DNA of 64,000 nt, from positions 682,001-746,000 of the forward strand of contig OZ218952.1 of assembly GCA_965112735.1 (NCBI GenBank), written 5' to 3'. Below, in pieces: positions 12,940 through 25,382 of the stretch (position 1 is the stretch's first letter; every line of letters starts with the position of its first letter). The position numbers were made by a program, and so were the translations under genes. The notes beneath the pieces were generated by a model, which did no database searches, was not told the DNA's origin, and saw only the letters and a list, made by a program, of their open reading frames with translations. Source of the DNA: Phaeosaccion multiseriatum. Taxonomy: Eukaryota; Protista; Ochrophyta, other classes.

Positions 12940-14142
12940 ATGACCGTTCTCGTGGCGCTACTGATGCTGCTTCTCGGCTCCCATCCGGTGCCAATAGAGA
13001 GCTTCACTACCTTGAACTCCCTGAGGCTGGGTAGTAGCAGTGCCAGGAGCATTAGCGAGCAAGAGGGGGCGTCCCAGGAGCAGGTTGGGAGAGGCCGTAC
13101 CAGCAGCAGGAGGACGGGCTTGGTGTCTCGCTCCACCCTGTGGGTGGCTCCATCAAAAGGAGTTGTCACAGCGGCAGCAAAAGCACCGGCAGCGGCTGCG
13201 ATTGACCCCAAAATCTTGGGCTGGGCCAAGAAGTCTGCTCCAGATGCAGAGGTTCAAGTCTCCGAGGTACGTCGTCCTCGACCCTATTCGCTGTCTCCAC
13301 CCTATCTATTGTATCATCCTACCACGCTTATACTTGGCACGAGAGTCTGCCCCCGTCGCTGTGCTCTGACTTCCCACACGCTTCCATTAATAGATGTGTC
13401 CACCACCCCCACTCATGCAGCCAGACGTCTCCCCTCCTCTCCTCCTTTCTCCTCCTCTCTGCCCACTCACCATCGCTCCTCCCCCCACCCCCTCTCCCAA
13501 AACAAAGCACAATGCACTAATCAACCTCCCCCCCCCCAACACTCACCCCGTCACCCTCTCCTCCCCCTCCCCCCGCCTTACCATCAGGCGGCTTCCGTTG
13601 CTGAGGTTCTGGCTGACCTCTGGAGCCAAGTCTCCAATGCCCTGGACAGCCCCTCCAAGGAGGCCAGTATCTTCCTCTTCGTCCCCGGCTGTGCCGCCCT
13701 CCTGCAAGCCTCCACAGTGCAAGCCTTGCTCGAGCATATGCAGCTGTGTGAAGACGTGTGCGAGAAATACGGTACCGAGGTCACGCTCTCTGCCAAGTAA
13801 GATGTATGCATTAGTGCGTACTTGCTTTCACCACAAGGGATATATGGCATGGTAACTAATCACACCCCCTGGCCAAGCAAGACGCATGCTTATACACCCC
13901 CCCCAACCCCCTCCTCCTCTTCATCCTCCTCCTCCTCCTGCAGGAAAGTTGGGGAGGATGGATGCCCGACCCCCATGCTTCATCTGCGCAGGAGGGAGGT
14001 CAAGGACGAGGAATTCGCCTACGACCCCTTCTGGGACGAGGGTGACTGGTAAGTAAGCTTAAATAAGCCTCCTCAGCACAGCTTCCTCAGCGTACACACT
14101 ACTCACATGCGTTAAGTCGCACGCATTCTCCCACTGCCGCTG

Positions 14143-14180
<38 letters not shown>

Positions 14181-15733
14181 ACTGCTGCTGGCGGCTAGGC
14201 GGTAGTGCTCGTTTTTCCTGTAGTGCTGGCGCTCCTGCTTTTCGACGCCCCGAGACAGTCCCTGAAATTGATTCCATTCGGCTGCTCCTCACCCTCCAAC
14301 TCGAACCTTGTCATTTGTTCACCCCTTAACCTCAGGGACCTCGACCCGGCCTTGTTCGAAGGCTCGGATGACGAGGAGCGCTCTTCAAGGCAAGTGACTT
14401 GAAGGGAGACTTAACGTGCTGGTGAATACATTGTCGTGCTTCGTACTCCTTCACTCACTCACACCATCTTTCTTCTTCTCTCGTCCCCGTCTATCTATGC
14501 GCGTTGGTTGTAATTCTGTGTCTCTACGCCCCGCCACCTGGTTGTGTGACCCACACCACAGTCGAGCGCCAGAGACCAACGTGGAGGCAGTTCGCGTGAG
14601 CAAGGAGTGGGTGCAGACTGTGGTCACTGACTTAGGTGTGTGTCCCTTCAGCGTGTCTGCAGAGAAGGCGGGACTGCCGGTGAGTGAGCAGAGTCGGCGC
14701 GTGAGGGTGGGCGGGCCGGCGGGCTCTCTCCCTCTCCCCCCCTGTTTTTGTCTCTGTCCCTTCTCTCTTCTCTCTCTCTCTGCCTCTCTTTCTCCTCTTT
14801 CCTCTCGCTTCCTTCTTTCCTCTCCCTCCTTTCCTGTCCCTCCCTCCCTCCGTCCCTCTCCCTATCCCTTTCCCTCCCCTTCACACACCCCCTCCCCCCC
14901 CCTCCCCCTCCCTCTCCCAAAAGGTGGGCAATGTGCACTACCCAATCACTCGGGCGTCTTCATCCGAAGCGGTGTACGCGGAGTACTGGAAGGAAGTGTC
15001 CCACTTGGTGCGCTCGAGCGACCAAGTACTAAGTACCACCCTCCTCATTACACCCAGCTTTGGTATGGAGAATGTAGAGGCATACGACTCGTTCTGTACC
15101 ACTCTCACTTCGCCCCTCGAGACGCTCAAGCTTGAGGACGACATTCAGCTTGTGGTGAGGGAGGAGAGGGAAGGAGGGAGGCCAGGGAGGGAGGGAGGGA
15201 GGGAGGGAGAGAAGGAGGGAGGGAGGGAGGGAGGGAAGGAAGGAGGGAGGGAAGGAGGGAGGGAGGGAAAGAGGGAGGCCAGGGAGAAAGGGCGTGGTAG
15301 TAGAGGGAAGGAGGGAGGGAGGGAGGGGAGGGGAGGGGAGGGAGGGAGGGAGGGAGGTGGCCATGCTCCGTCCTCAGTGGAGGAGCATATCCTTTCTTAA
15401 CTTCTTACTTTCCCTGACACCTGCTTGGGAGCCAAAACACATTCTCAAGCCTTCCCTCCCCCGCCCCCCCCCCCCCTCTCTCCCCCCCTCTCATACACCT
15501 CACCCACACCTCTCCTACCCCCCCACTTGCCAACTCTCTCTCCTTTCTCATGCCCGTCCCGGTGTCAATGGCTATTTGGCTATTTGGCTATTCCCTTTGG
15601 TCGCACAGTTCTTCCATCCGCAGTACACCTTCAGGGATGGACAGGACCGGTTGGGCTCGGGGTCTGCGGCCAACTACGCCCGCCGCAGTCCCTTCCCCAT
15701 GATCAACATCCTCCGGACCACGCAGGTAGGAGT

Positions 15734-15783
<50 letters not shown>

Positions 15784-15885
15784 TATGTGTGTGTGTCTAT
15801 GTTTGTGTGTGGTGGGGGTAATGTCCAGTCCAGTGTGCCTCACCGCTCCCGTGCCTCCCTACCCCTCCTCTCTCTCTCTCCTCTC

Positions 15886-15927
<42 letters not shown>

Positions 15928-17319
15928 CACCCTCTCTATCTCTTCTGCTCCCCCCCCCTTCGCTTTGTGATGGCACCCCCACCAACCGCACATCTGTACA
16001 CCTGCACACAGGTTCGAGTGGGTCAGAAGAGTATCCCTACTGGGCTTGTGTACACTCAAAACGAAGAGGTGCTTGATCAAGTGGGGGCAGGTGAGACAAG
16101 GAACGAGGAGGGATGGAGAGGGCGAGAGAGAGAGAGAGGTGGCAGGATAGTGATGGCCATTGGAAGGAAGGAAGACGGACGGATGATCAGGCTCCTCACC
16201 CCAACTCACCTTCTTAGTCCCTCCCTCGGGCCCTTCCACTCCTTCCGACTGATGAAGATGCCTTCCGTCTTTGCCTCTCGCCTGAGGAAGTGTATTCATG
16301 CGTCCTGACACCTCCTTCTTTGCATTCTGTCTTCCCATACAGCGAATACGGTTGGTTTTTGACACTATTGTTATTCCTATTGTTGTTGCCTGCATGACTC
16401 ATTCTTGCTCGTCAGATGAGCTGCAGCGTATGCTGGAGCAGCGTGAGTGGTCGGGCGTCAAGGGAAAGAAGGTGGACAGAGCCAAGGCCCGCGTTGACTA
16501 CTACGCCACCGCCCGCAGGCTGCAGGGCCTGGATATGGCAGGGAAGGTCACAGATGGTGGTGAAGGCGTAGTAGGTGAAGGTGAAGGTGAAGGTGGCGCA
16601 CCAGCAACAAAATCACCACCCACAGAGGGGGGGGCGAAGGAGCAGGAGCAGGATGGCGCGAGCGTGAGCGGTGACAGTGATGCGGCATCCGCACGGCAGG
16701 TGAGCAGCAGCGATGGGGACCAAAAGGGCGGGCACTCTGTGACGTTTCTCTCCTTTTTCTTTGGGTATTCCCCTCATAACCCAAGACCGGCAGGCAACAT
16801 GCTCTGTCTCTGTTTGTTATGGCAGAAAGACAAATGTGAATCGACTCTCTCTACTTTGGAGCGTCACGAACTGATTGAGTGTATTATTATTATTTTTTTA
16901 TTTTATTATTTATCATTACATTGTGTGTATGTGTTTTGCTGTGCGCTTCATGTATGGCGCAGGCTCAGGCTCAGGCCAAGGCTGCGGCTCAGGCCGCGGA
17001 GGCAGAAGTTCGGCTATATGTTGAGCAACAGCGACAGCTGCTACAACAACAGCAGCAACAGCTGCAAGCAGTGCAGGCGCAGCAGCAGCAGCCAGCAGCA
17101 ACAGTAGCAGCAGCAGTGCCAGCACCAGCGGCACCAGCAGCACCAGCACCAGCCGCACGTGTTGGTGCTACAGAAGGCCTGTTGGAGGTGGAGAAGGAGG
17201 ACTTCCAGACTATCGCCAAGGTGCTTGTGAAGCGCCTCACCTTCAACAAGCCCGTGCAGCAGGAGGCCTTCGACGACTTCAGCGCCGCCGTGGATCGCGT
17301 CCTTCGGGGGGGACAATAA
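12940..17319 (+). CDS. DUF1415-like protein, probably plastid-targeted (exons 12940-13266, 13588-13796, 13944-14048, 14336-14389, 14562-14679, 14924-15154, 15609-15725, 16012-16090, 16416-16699, 16963-17319)
   Basis: WVQTVVTDLGVCPF, TTLLI.P.F, IQLVFFHPQYTF and ANYARRSPFPMINILR match the DUF1415 motifs. Signal peptide MTVLVALLMLLLG...ES-F. All exon phases are consistent. An alternative ATG lies at 12883. Confidence 0.8.
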
Positions 17320-18310
17320 ACAATAAATAAAAGGCCCAATTTTATAATTTTTTCCCTCCTCTCCCCTCTTCGCTGCCATCCCTTCACGGTTAATACTTCG
17401 CAGGGCTATAATGTGAGGCGTGGCTGGATTGAATCTCTCTCTCTCCCTCCCCTGCCAGCCAAATCCACCCCACCAAAGAGACCACCCTGGTCCTGGTCCT
17501 CGTGTGATGACTCACCCTGTTCAGCGATCTGTGGAATGCTTGGGTTCTGCATCTATTCTTCAGACACAAGCGGAGAGACCCTGTGCAACAAAAGAAAGGT
17601 GGGACAGCAATGGGGCCCGCCGTGAGCGACAAGAGAAAACACCGGGGTCCATTTGGACGGAGAAACTGAATTATCCAAAGCAGATTGGCGAGAAAGATGG
17701 AACCAAGCATACGCTAGCCTGTCGATACTGTATAGCTTTCGGGGACAGCGTTGACAGGGGCCGGTAGCCCGTCTCTCCTTCCCTGCCCTTTCCGGCCACT
17801 TCACCTCCCCCCCCCCCCAAAATGGGCCTGCTCCCGGCCGAGTTTTGACAGCAATGCAAGCACGCCTGCCATCGCCGCCGCGGTAAATTTTGGTGTTGGC
17901 TACCGGACGCAACTCCTCGCCCTCTGTTGAGGTTCTGCCTACGCGCGTCCGTCCCGCAAGTCCACCACACACACACAGCGATAAAAGTAAAAAGGGAAAA
18001 GGAAGAAATTTCCCAAGAATGGGAGAGTAGAAATATATGAAACACTCTCACCTCTCCTCACCTCCCACCACCAACCCTGACGACGCACCCACTGTGTTCG
18101 TCAGAGAAGGTCTAATTAAAGCAGCTAACTAACGCGAGTTCCTAACAGCAGCGGATCACACGGGCAAAAAGGCAGGGGGAAAGGCGTGGGCCGCGCTTGG
18201 CGTTAGCTTTGTCCGAACTTGGGCAGTTGCGCCGCGAGGGCCGACAGATATGAGAGGAAGGTTCTGGAGCTAGGAAAGGGCGACGGGAAGGGGAAAGGCC
18301 GGGAGCCGCC

Positions 18311-19758
18311 ATGAGTCTCCCCAAGTTCCATCATCGGGGCTCGTCCCCTGGGAGTGGCATTCACCACACGCTGCAGAAAGGCGTTACCGGCAACAACGTC
18401 AGCGGCAAAACGCTTGCCGGCGGTGGCCGGGGCAGGAGCAGCAGCAATGGCAACAGCTACTCGCTGTGGCAAGAGCAGCCGGGGAGTAGTGGAGGGGGGG
18501 GGTCGGTGTGCAAGACGTGGAAGGTCTTGCTCATCTTCTTGCTGGGTCTTTCAGTCTTTCTGACTTTGCTCATCCTGCTGGAGATGGAGGGCTTTAGTAG
18601 AGAAGGCTTTGGAAGCGGCTGCCTCCACAACCACCACTACCCAGGTAGAGGCAATGCTGCAGAATCAAGAGCAGGCTTGCCGTTCTGGGGCGACAATTCT
18701 CGTGGGGGTGGCATGTCATCGAGTGGCGAGGTGCGAGGGACAGAGGGCAGCTTTGGGAGGGGGGTGGCGGCGGTGGGACATAAAACGACGGGGTTTGACA
18801 GCAGGAGCGGGAGTGGGCCCGCGGGGTGGTGGGGGGGCGCGGGGACAGGGGACGCTCTTTTGATGGAGCAAGTCGAAGTGGTAGATCGGTTGGTACCGAA
18901 GGCCGCGAGTGATATGTGCAGACAGGCAGCTACGACGGTGTTTGGGTCGGCGAATAACCTTGGAGAGCTCTTTGCCCTGCGGCACCGCAGAGTGATGGAG
19001 CTGGACGGGTACCGGGAGGGCATCTACTTTATCACGGCCAATCTGCACAACAACGCTGAGGTGTTCCCCTCTTGGCAACGGGAGCTCCTTAAGCTCGTGC
19101 TTATGCTCGAAGACACGTACTCTACCAATGTGTTTGTGTCCATATACGAGAGTGGGAGCACCGACGACACCCCTCGCTATCTACAGAACCTCGAGGAGCA
19201 GCTGAGGATACTGCAGGTGTGTGTGCGTGCGCGCGTGTGTGGTGTGTATATGTTTGTGTTGGCATGGAATGAGGGGGTGCTGGCCTTCCCCTTTCCCCTA
19301 CAAAGCACACAGAGCAATGTATGCTGCCGTTAACCCCTTTGGCAGTGCGTACATTGGATGGTAACTCATCACACACCACATGTAATTGTCGTACCAACGA
19401 AACACAACGAAGCACACCAGCATCTCCTAACTCCCGCCCCCACCCCACGCCCCCCACGCACCGCAGATTCCCCACGCCATCGCCACTACTCAGCTGAAGC
19501 GCAAGCAGGGAGAGGAGCGCATCCCGTTCCTGGCCTCTATGCGCAACAAGGCTCTGGAGCCGCTCTTCGACTCCAAAATAACATACGACCAAGTACTCTT
19601 CCTCAACGACGTTTACTTTTGCGCGGAGGATATGTTATCTCTAGTTTACCAGACCAACCCACACTACCACCTACAGCAGCAGCAGCAGCGGCGGCACCAG
19701 CAGCATCAGCAGCACACGTCCTTCGGGGCACCCGCAGCACCCGCAGCACCACCACCAC

Positions 19759-19797
<39 letters not shown>

Positions 19798-22700
19798 GGG
19801 CAGCGGCAGGAGGGGCAGCGGCCGGGGACGGGAGAGACGAGAGGGTTGGTGGTGGTGGCGGCGGCGGTGGTGATGGTGAAGCGGTGCCAGCAGGGGCAGA
19901 CATGGCGTGCTCCACAGACTGGATAGGCAAGAAGCCGGACTGTCCTGAGTGCGCTGACTATCGGCTCTACGACATTTGGGTGGGCGTGGACAAGAACGGG
20001 AGAAAGTTCCTCAACGAACCACCCTATCTGGAGGACGAGGAGTCCGCGCTGGCATTGCAGCAGGGAGTGCCCTTCGAGGTGTTCTCTTGCTGGAACGGAA
20101 TGGTAAGAGAGGGGAGTGGCATACACATAGCAAAGGCTGTGGATGGAGGTCTATCCTCTGTACGTCGCTCGTTCTTTTGGGCAGCCCCCCCCCACACACA
20201 CGCCCTCTCCCTGCTGCCTCTGTTGCTCTTTCCCCCTAATGCTTGTGATTCTCTATGCAGCAAGCAAACCACGCGCTCCTCATTGATTTCGACGCGTTTT
20301 TCTCGGCCCTAAGCGAGTACCCCCTCCCCCCCCCTTTCCTCCCTTTTTCTCTCTCTTCAACGCCAGGTGAGCATCGACGCGGATGTGTTTCAACGCGACT
20401 TACTGCGCCTCCGGGCAGGCAGAGAGGGCATTGAATGCGCCGCCTCCGAGTGCGAGCTCCTCTCGCGGGACTTGTGGGAAATCGGTCGGGGAAGGATCGT
20501 CGTGGTGCCCTCGGCAGTCGTCGCCTACGACCTTGACGTGTTTGTGAATGTACCTCGGCCCCCGCCTGTCAGCCAGCTCATGCTGCTGCCGAGCTTTGAA
20601 ATGCCGTACCCCACCCGGCTGGTGTGCTGCCCATTGCCCAAGGGGAAGGACTCGTACGACACATGCTTTGACGACACGGTGTGGAGGGCGGTGTACGCCA
20701 TGGACGGTGTGCCTCGGGCGCTGTCAGCCGGAGGGGGTGGTATCAGCGGGGGGGTGGGGGGAGCTGTGGCAGCGGTAGGCCTCGGAAGTCTCGGAGGAGG
20801 ACTAGCAGGAGGAGGAGGAGGTGGTGGTGGTGGTGGTGGTGGTGGTGGCGGAGTTGCTGGGGCAGGGCAGGATCATGTGCTTTCCATCATGCTGTCTACT
20901 GAGGAGGTGGGTGGCAGGCAGAGCAAAACGTTTGAAGACCTGGCGCGGGGACTGAAGGAGGAGGGCCTGTGTACGGAGGAAGAGAAGGCGCGTTTGGCAT
21001 CGTACGCCATCCCTGCTCGAATCATGCAGAGCGGCAAGACGAACCTGCTGACAGCCTACTCGTTTGAGGTGATGCAAGGCCCCCTGCACTGGATGCATTT
21101 GCACCCCTGCCACGAGTATGTCTTTCTGGACGATGACCGTATCTTGACTTTCCTGGAGAAGCGCTATCCTCAGTTCTTGCCGGTGGTCGACGTCATCTCT
21201 AACGGAGCAGAGCTGGCGGACTTTGCGCGCTACCTCTTTATGTATGACATGGGGGGCGTGTATGCCGACCTGGACACCAAGCCGCTGCTACCCATGCACA
21301 GCATCTTCTCCCCCACGGACCGCTTTGTGGTGGGGCTGGAGAGCGATTTCCTCTCGGAGGAAACGGCGAAAGCCTGGGCCTATTCCCGAGCCAGGTCCCT
21401 GTCGCTCCACGCCTTTGCAGCAGCGCCCAAGACGCCAGTCATGTGGAGCGTTGTGGAGAGGGTGGCGGGGAGTCTGCAAGACCCCACGGGCGTGTATCAG
21501 GAGATTCACGCTCGGGCCGTGGGGGCCTGCCATCACCTCGAGACCATCCTTAAGACGGGACCGGGTGCGTTTACGGACGTGGTGTTGGCGTACAAGGCCG
21601 GCTTGGAGGCGGAGGTCGAGGCTGCGAAGGTGGTGGCAGTGGATGTGGCTTTGAGAGTAGAGGCAGAGGATGCGGCGAAGGAGGTTGCAGTACATGTAGT
21701 AGACTCAGTCAAGTCGGAAGAGGCAGGAGGTGGTGGTGGAGGAGGAGGAGGAGAGGGGGTGGAGGCACGGCAACCCGGTGACGAGCAGCAGCAGCAAAAG
21801 GAACGGGAGAAGTGGCGAGATCAGCTCAAGCGCGAGCGGGTGCAGCAGGAGCAGCGCTTAGCGGAGAGGCAAGCGGCCAGCAATGCCGTGAAGGTGTTGG
21901 GCATACCCTCCTTCTCATCCGCCAACTCCAATGGCGACAACTTTTACCGCCTGCAGCGACGAGAGGCTCTCGAAGGGTGGCCGAGCTATGTGGAGCACTT
22001 TAACTTGGGCACTTGGCTGCGTTCGTGTAACGGCAACGCCATGGAGGGCATCCGTTACGACTACATTCCCTTGGGCGGCTTCATGTTCAAAAAGCAGTGG
22101 ATGGCAATGCATGCCAAGGCCGCCACCTGGACCCACCCGCCGCTGTATGTTTATCCACCCCTGTCCACGCCGGTGGCGGTGGGAGGTAGACCTGGCGGAG
22201 GGCAGGTAGCGAAGGAGGAGGAGCCCTTTTTGTTTCTGGAGATGACCAGCGAGGGAGTGGTGAAGGCGAGCCGGGGGTTGGGACCGATGGACTTGAACGC
22301 AGAGGAGTTGTGGAGACTGCCTTCCTCCTCCTCCCCCTCGTCCTCCTCCTCCTCCTCCGCAAATGCAGCAGGTGGGCTGGCGGCAGCAGCAGCAGCAGCG
22401 TTCAATACAGAGACGAGGATGAGTAGGCTGATGAAGGCCAAGAAGGGCATCAATGCGGCGGCAGCGGCCCTAGCAGAGGGCGTTAGCGGCTTGGGTATCG
22501 GCGGCTTGTTGGGGTCCGGGGCGGAAGAGCAAAGCCAGGGGGTGGCGTTCAACCTTCAGGGAGACGGAAACCTCGTCATGCATGCCTACGACGAACGCAA
22601 GGGGGACGATTTTTGGAGAGAGGGCAACTGTAATGAGCGCATCACCAGCGGCCGGGTCACGTGGGCTGCGGGGTACGTCTCCCCATGGTCGGGCGGTTGC

Positions 22701-23444
22701 TTCTTTACCATTCTGCGTCCGGATGGGCGGCTGGCCATGTACGCAGGGCGAAGTCCCGAAGAGGTGCCTAGGCTGGGCGACAGACTCGTTTGGTGGCAGG
22801 GGGGGTGCGATGTGAGAAAGGCAGACGAGCTCGAGCCAGGAGACTGGCTTGTGCCGGGCACCTTCCTCTTCCAGGCAGCTGCGGGAGAGGGGGAGGAGGA
22901 GGGGGTGGGAAGGGGTAGTGAGAGTTTGGCGCTGTATCAGCACCAGCAAGGCCCCCTGTGCGCCTACCGCGGTTACAGAAAAGAGGACTTTGACGGGAAA
23001 GGGCTCACTGCCGTCCAGCCCGTTGATCCTGGCGCAGCAGGGGCAGCAGTAGCAGCAGCAGCAGCAGCAGAAGCAGCAGCAGGGGCAGGAGCAGCAGCAG
23101 CAGGGGCAGGAGCAGGGGTATCACCGATTCCGTTTTGGTGCAACCTTGACCCCGCACGGAAGAACACAAGACCGGGCAAGTACTTTACAATGCTGCAGCT
23201 GGATGGGAACGTGTGCACCTATCGAGGCAACGGGCCCCACGACCCCTCCAACTCGGCAAGGTGGTGCTCGTACAAAGTCGTACCGCCGTCGCTACAGGAG
23301 CAGCAGGAGGACGAGGAGGAGGGTGAGAGGGCTTTCCACAAGCTGGTGTTGACCGCCGACCCGGAGCCTCAACTGCAGTGGCTGGACCAGGCAGGCAGGG
23401 TGCGGTATTCGATGCTTCTAGACGAGGCCGCTGCTCGATGGTAG
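18311..23444 (+). CDS. Type II membrane multidomain glycosyltransferase: CAP59/GT69 domain + GT32 (DXD) domain + C-terminal bulb-type lectin-like repeats (exons 18311-19216, 19467-20102, 20367-23444)
   Basis: TM helix VLLIFLLGLSVFLTLLILL. GT69 motifs: ANLHNN, VFVSIYESGSTD, RIPFLASMRNKALEPL, FLNDVYFC, YDIWV, VFSCWNG, ASECELL..DLW. GT32 motifs: IPARIMQ, W..LHP..EY, ADFARYLFMYDMGGVYADLD, KTGPGAFT. Lectin motifs: LQGDGNLV, LQLDGNVCTY. Confidence 0.85.
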
Positions 23445-24380
23445 CTGATGTAGCGGGCGCGACAGGAAGGCCCCCCTCTTTGCTCCAGGGATAAGATGGC
23501 GAGGGGGTTGTAAGGGTACACACTTCCCCTACCTATCCAGGTTTGGGGTCAGTTTTGGGCCCGATTTTTGGAACGGTCACCCACCACCACTCCTGAGCCC
23601 CCAACTCGACGACCCTTCGCCAACACTCACTCTGTCCATGGTTCCCGGGTAGGGAGTGGGTGACCGCTGTTTGAAGCGCAAGGCCGTCGGACTTATCAAC
23701 TCTGGCCTTCCCTGCGATGTCTACAGCTTTTGGTCGCGTCACAGGAGGTGTTGATTTTATATACTTACTTCCCTTATACCCTATTCCCTGCTCTGTGTCC
23801 ACATTACAAAGCAAAGCACACACCCATACAACACTATTCAATTTTCGCTTCCCCACATGACTTCATATTTGTGTTAACGAAAAGGAGGAAGTTGCGAAGT
23901 TGAGAGGTCAGGCAGTAGTAGTAAAGCACCATTAGGGGAAGAAAGAGGAGTAAAGCACCATTCAATGACAGCATTTCGCAGTTTACAGGCCATAACTTAG
24001 ACTCAAATGTTTTCTCCCTTGCTCTGCAGCAAGCTCTGCAGCGAGCTCCGCAGCCAGCAGTGCATCTCTATTAGCGTTTCATGCCGTCTCCCTCCCCCTT
24101 CCCCTTCAACGGTATGCTGTATCACTTCTCGGAACAACGTATCGTTCATTGCATCCGAAGCCTAGGAGAGGCTCTTGAGAACCCCCCCCCAGAGGGGCTT
24201 CAAAAGAGGTTTCAGATTGCCTTTTCCCTTTTACTTTGGGCTCAAGAGAGACTTCAGACGCTTCAGATAGCCAGCTATTTAGACAGGCTTACTGGGAGAG
24301 CCTTCAGATGTGCCTTTACTCGGAGAGCCTTCAGATGTGCCTGTGCCTTTAGAGAGGCATCTATTATCTCTCTTGGAGCA

Positions 24381-25350
24381 TTAAAGGGGCCGCCTGAGGC
24401 ACATTCCCAATTCCGCAATGTCCTCCACGCTCCCTAGGAAGCACGGCACTCTGTGGTGGGTGGTGAGGCAAGGAGAAAGTTAACAAACTCGCAAGTGTGT
24501 GCGTGCGTGTGTGTATGTGATGTGTGTAGGTATGTGTGTGCATGCATGTGTGTATGTGCGTGCGGGTGATGTGTGTATGTATGTATGTATGTATGTGTGT
24601 GTAAGTGTGTGTGTGCGTGCATGTATGTGCGTGTACGTGTGTATGTGTGTACATAAATATGCGTGCATGTCACCTGTGATGTGTGCTGACCGGGCGGACG
24701 TCAAGGATGCGTTCAAAGCCTGTTGTTGCCGATCCTCCTGCCTGCTCCATTATCATACCGATGGGGTTCGCTGCGGCAGGAGGGGAGGGGAGGGGAGCGG
24801 GGGATATGTGGGGGGAGGCGGAGTCAGGCCGTCAGTCAATCAGTCAGTCATCCATTCAGTCGTGTCAAGTCCGTGCAGTCCGTCGGTCGGTCCATCGGTC
24901 CATCGGTCCGTTTGTCCGTCCCTTCTCACCTTCGTAGAGCAGCCTTAGCTTGCCATTTGCGCTCTTTGTATCTGCAGGGTACCCGAAGATGCCTCCCTCG
25001 TGCAAGATGTAGTGAATATCGGCGATGAGAGCCCCCATATAGCGGTACGTGTAGCGCTCGCCGGATCTGCCCACACAGTAGGGTAGAGGGGTATAGTATA
25101 AGCGTGAGAGCGAAAGGAACAGGGCTGCCGATGACTCATAAACCCCCACCTTAGATTCTCCGCTGGACCTTCTCTCTCTCGTCGCCCTCCCTCTGTGTCC
25201 CTTTCCCTCCCTCCCTCCCTTCCCCGCTACCCCTCCTCCTCCCCCCCCCCCTGCTCTCCTCCCCTCTCTCCCTCCAATATCCCACCACCATCCTCCACCA
25301 TCTTCCTTCTCCTCATCTCATCTCCCTTCACCACCCTCCTCCTCCTCCTC

Positions 25351-25382
<32 letters not shown>

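Noticed and set aside
23560-23775. snRNA (Sm-site-like GATTTTTGG; U1-like ATACTTAC)
   Set aside because: No U1 (ATACTTACCTG), U2, U4 or U5 core sequences are present.
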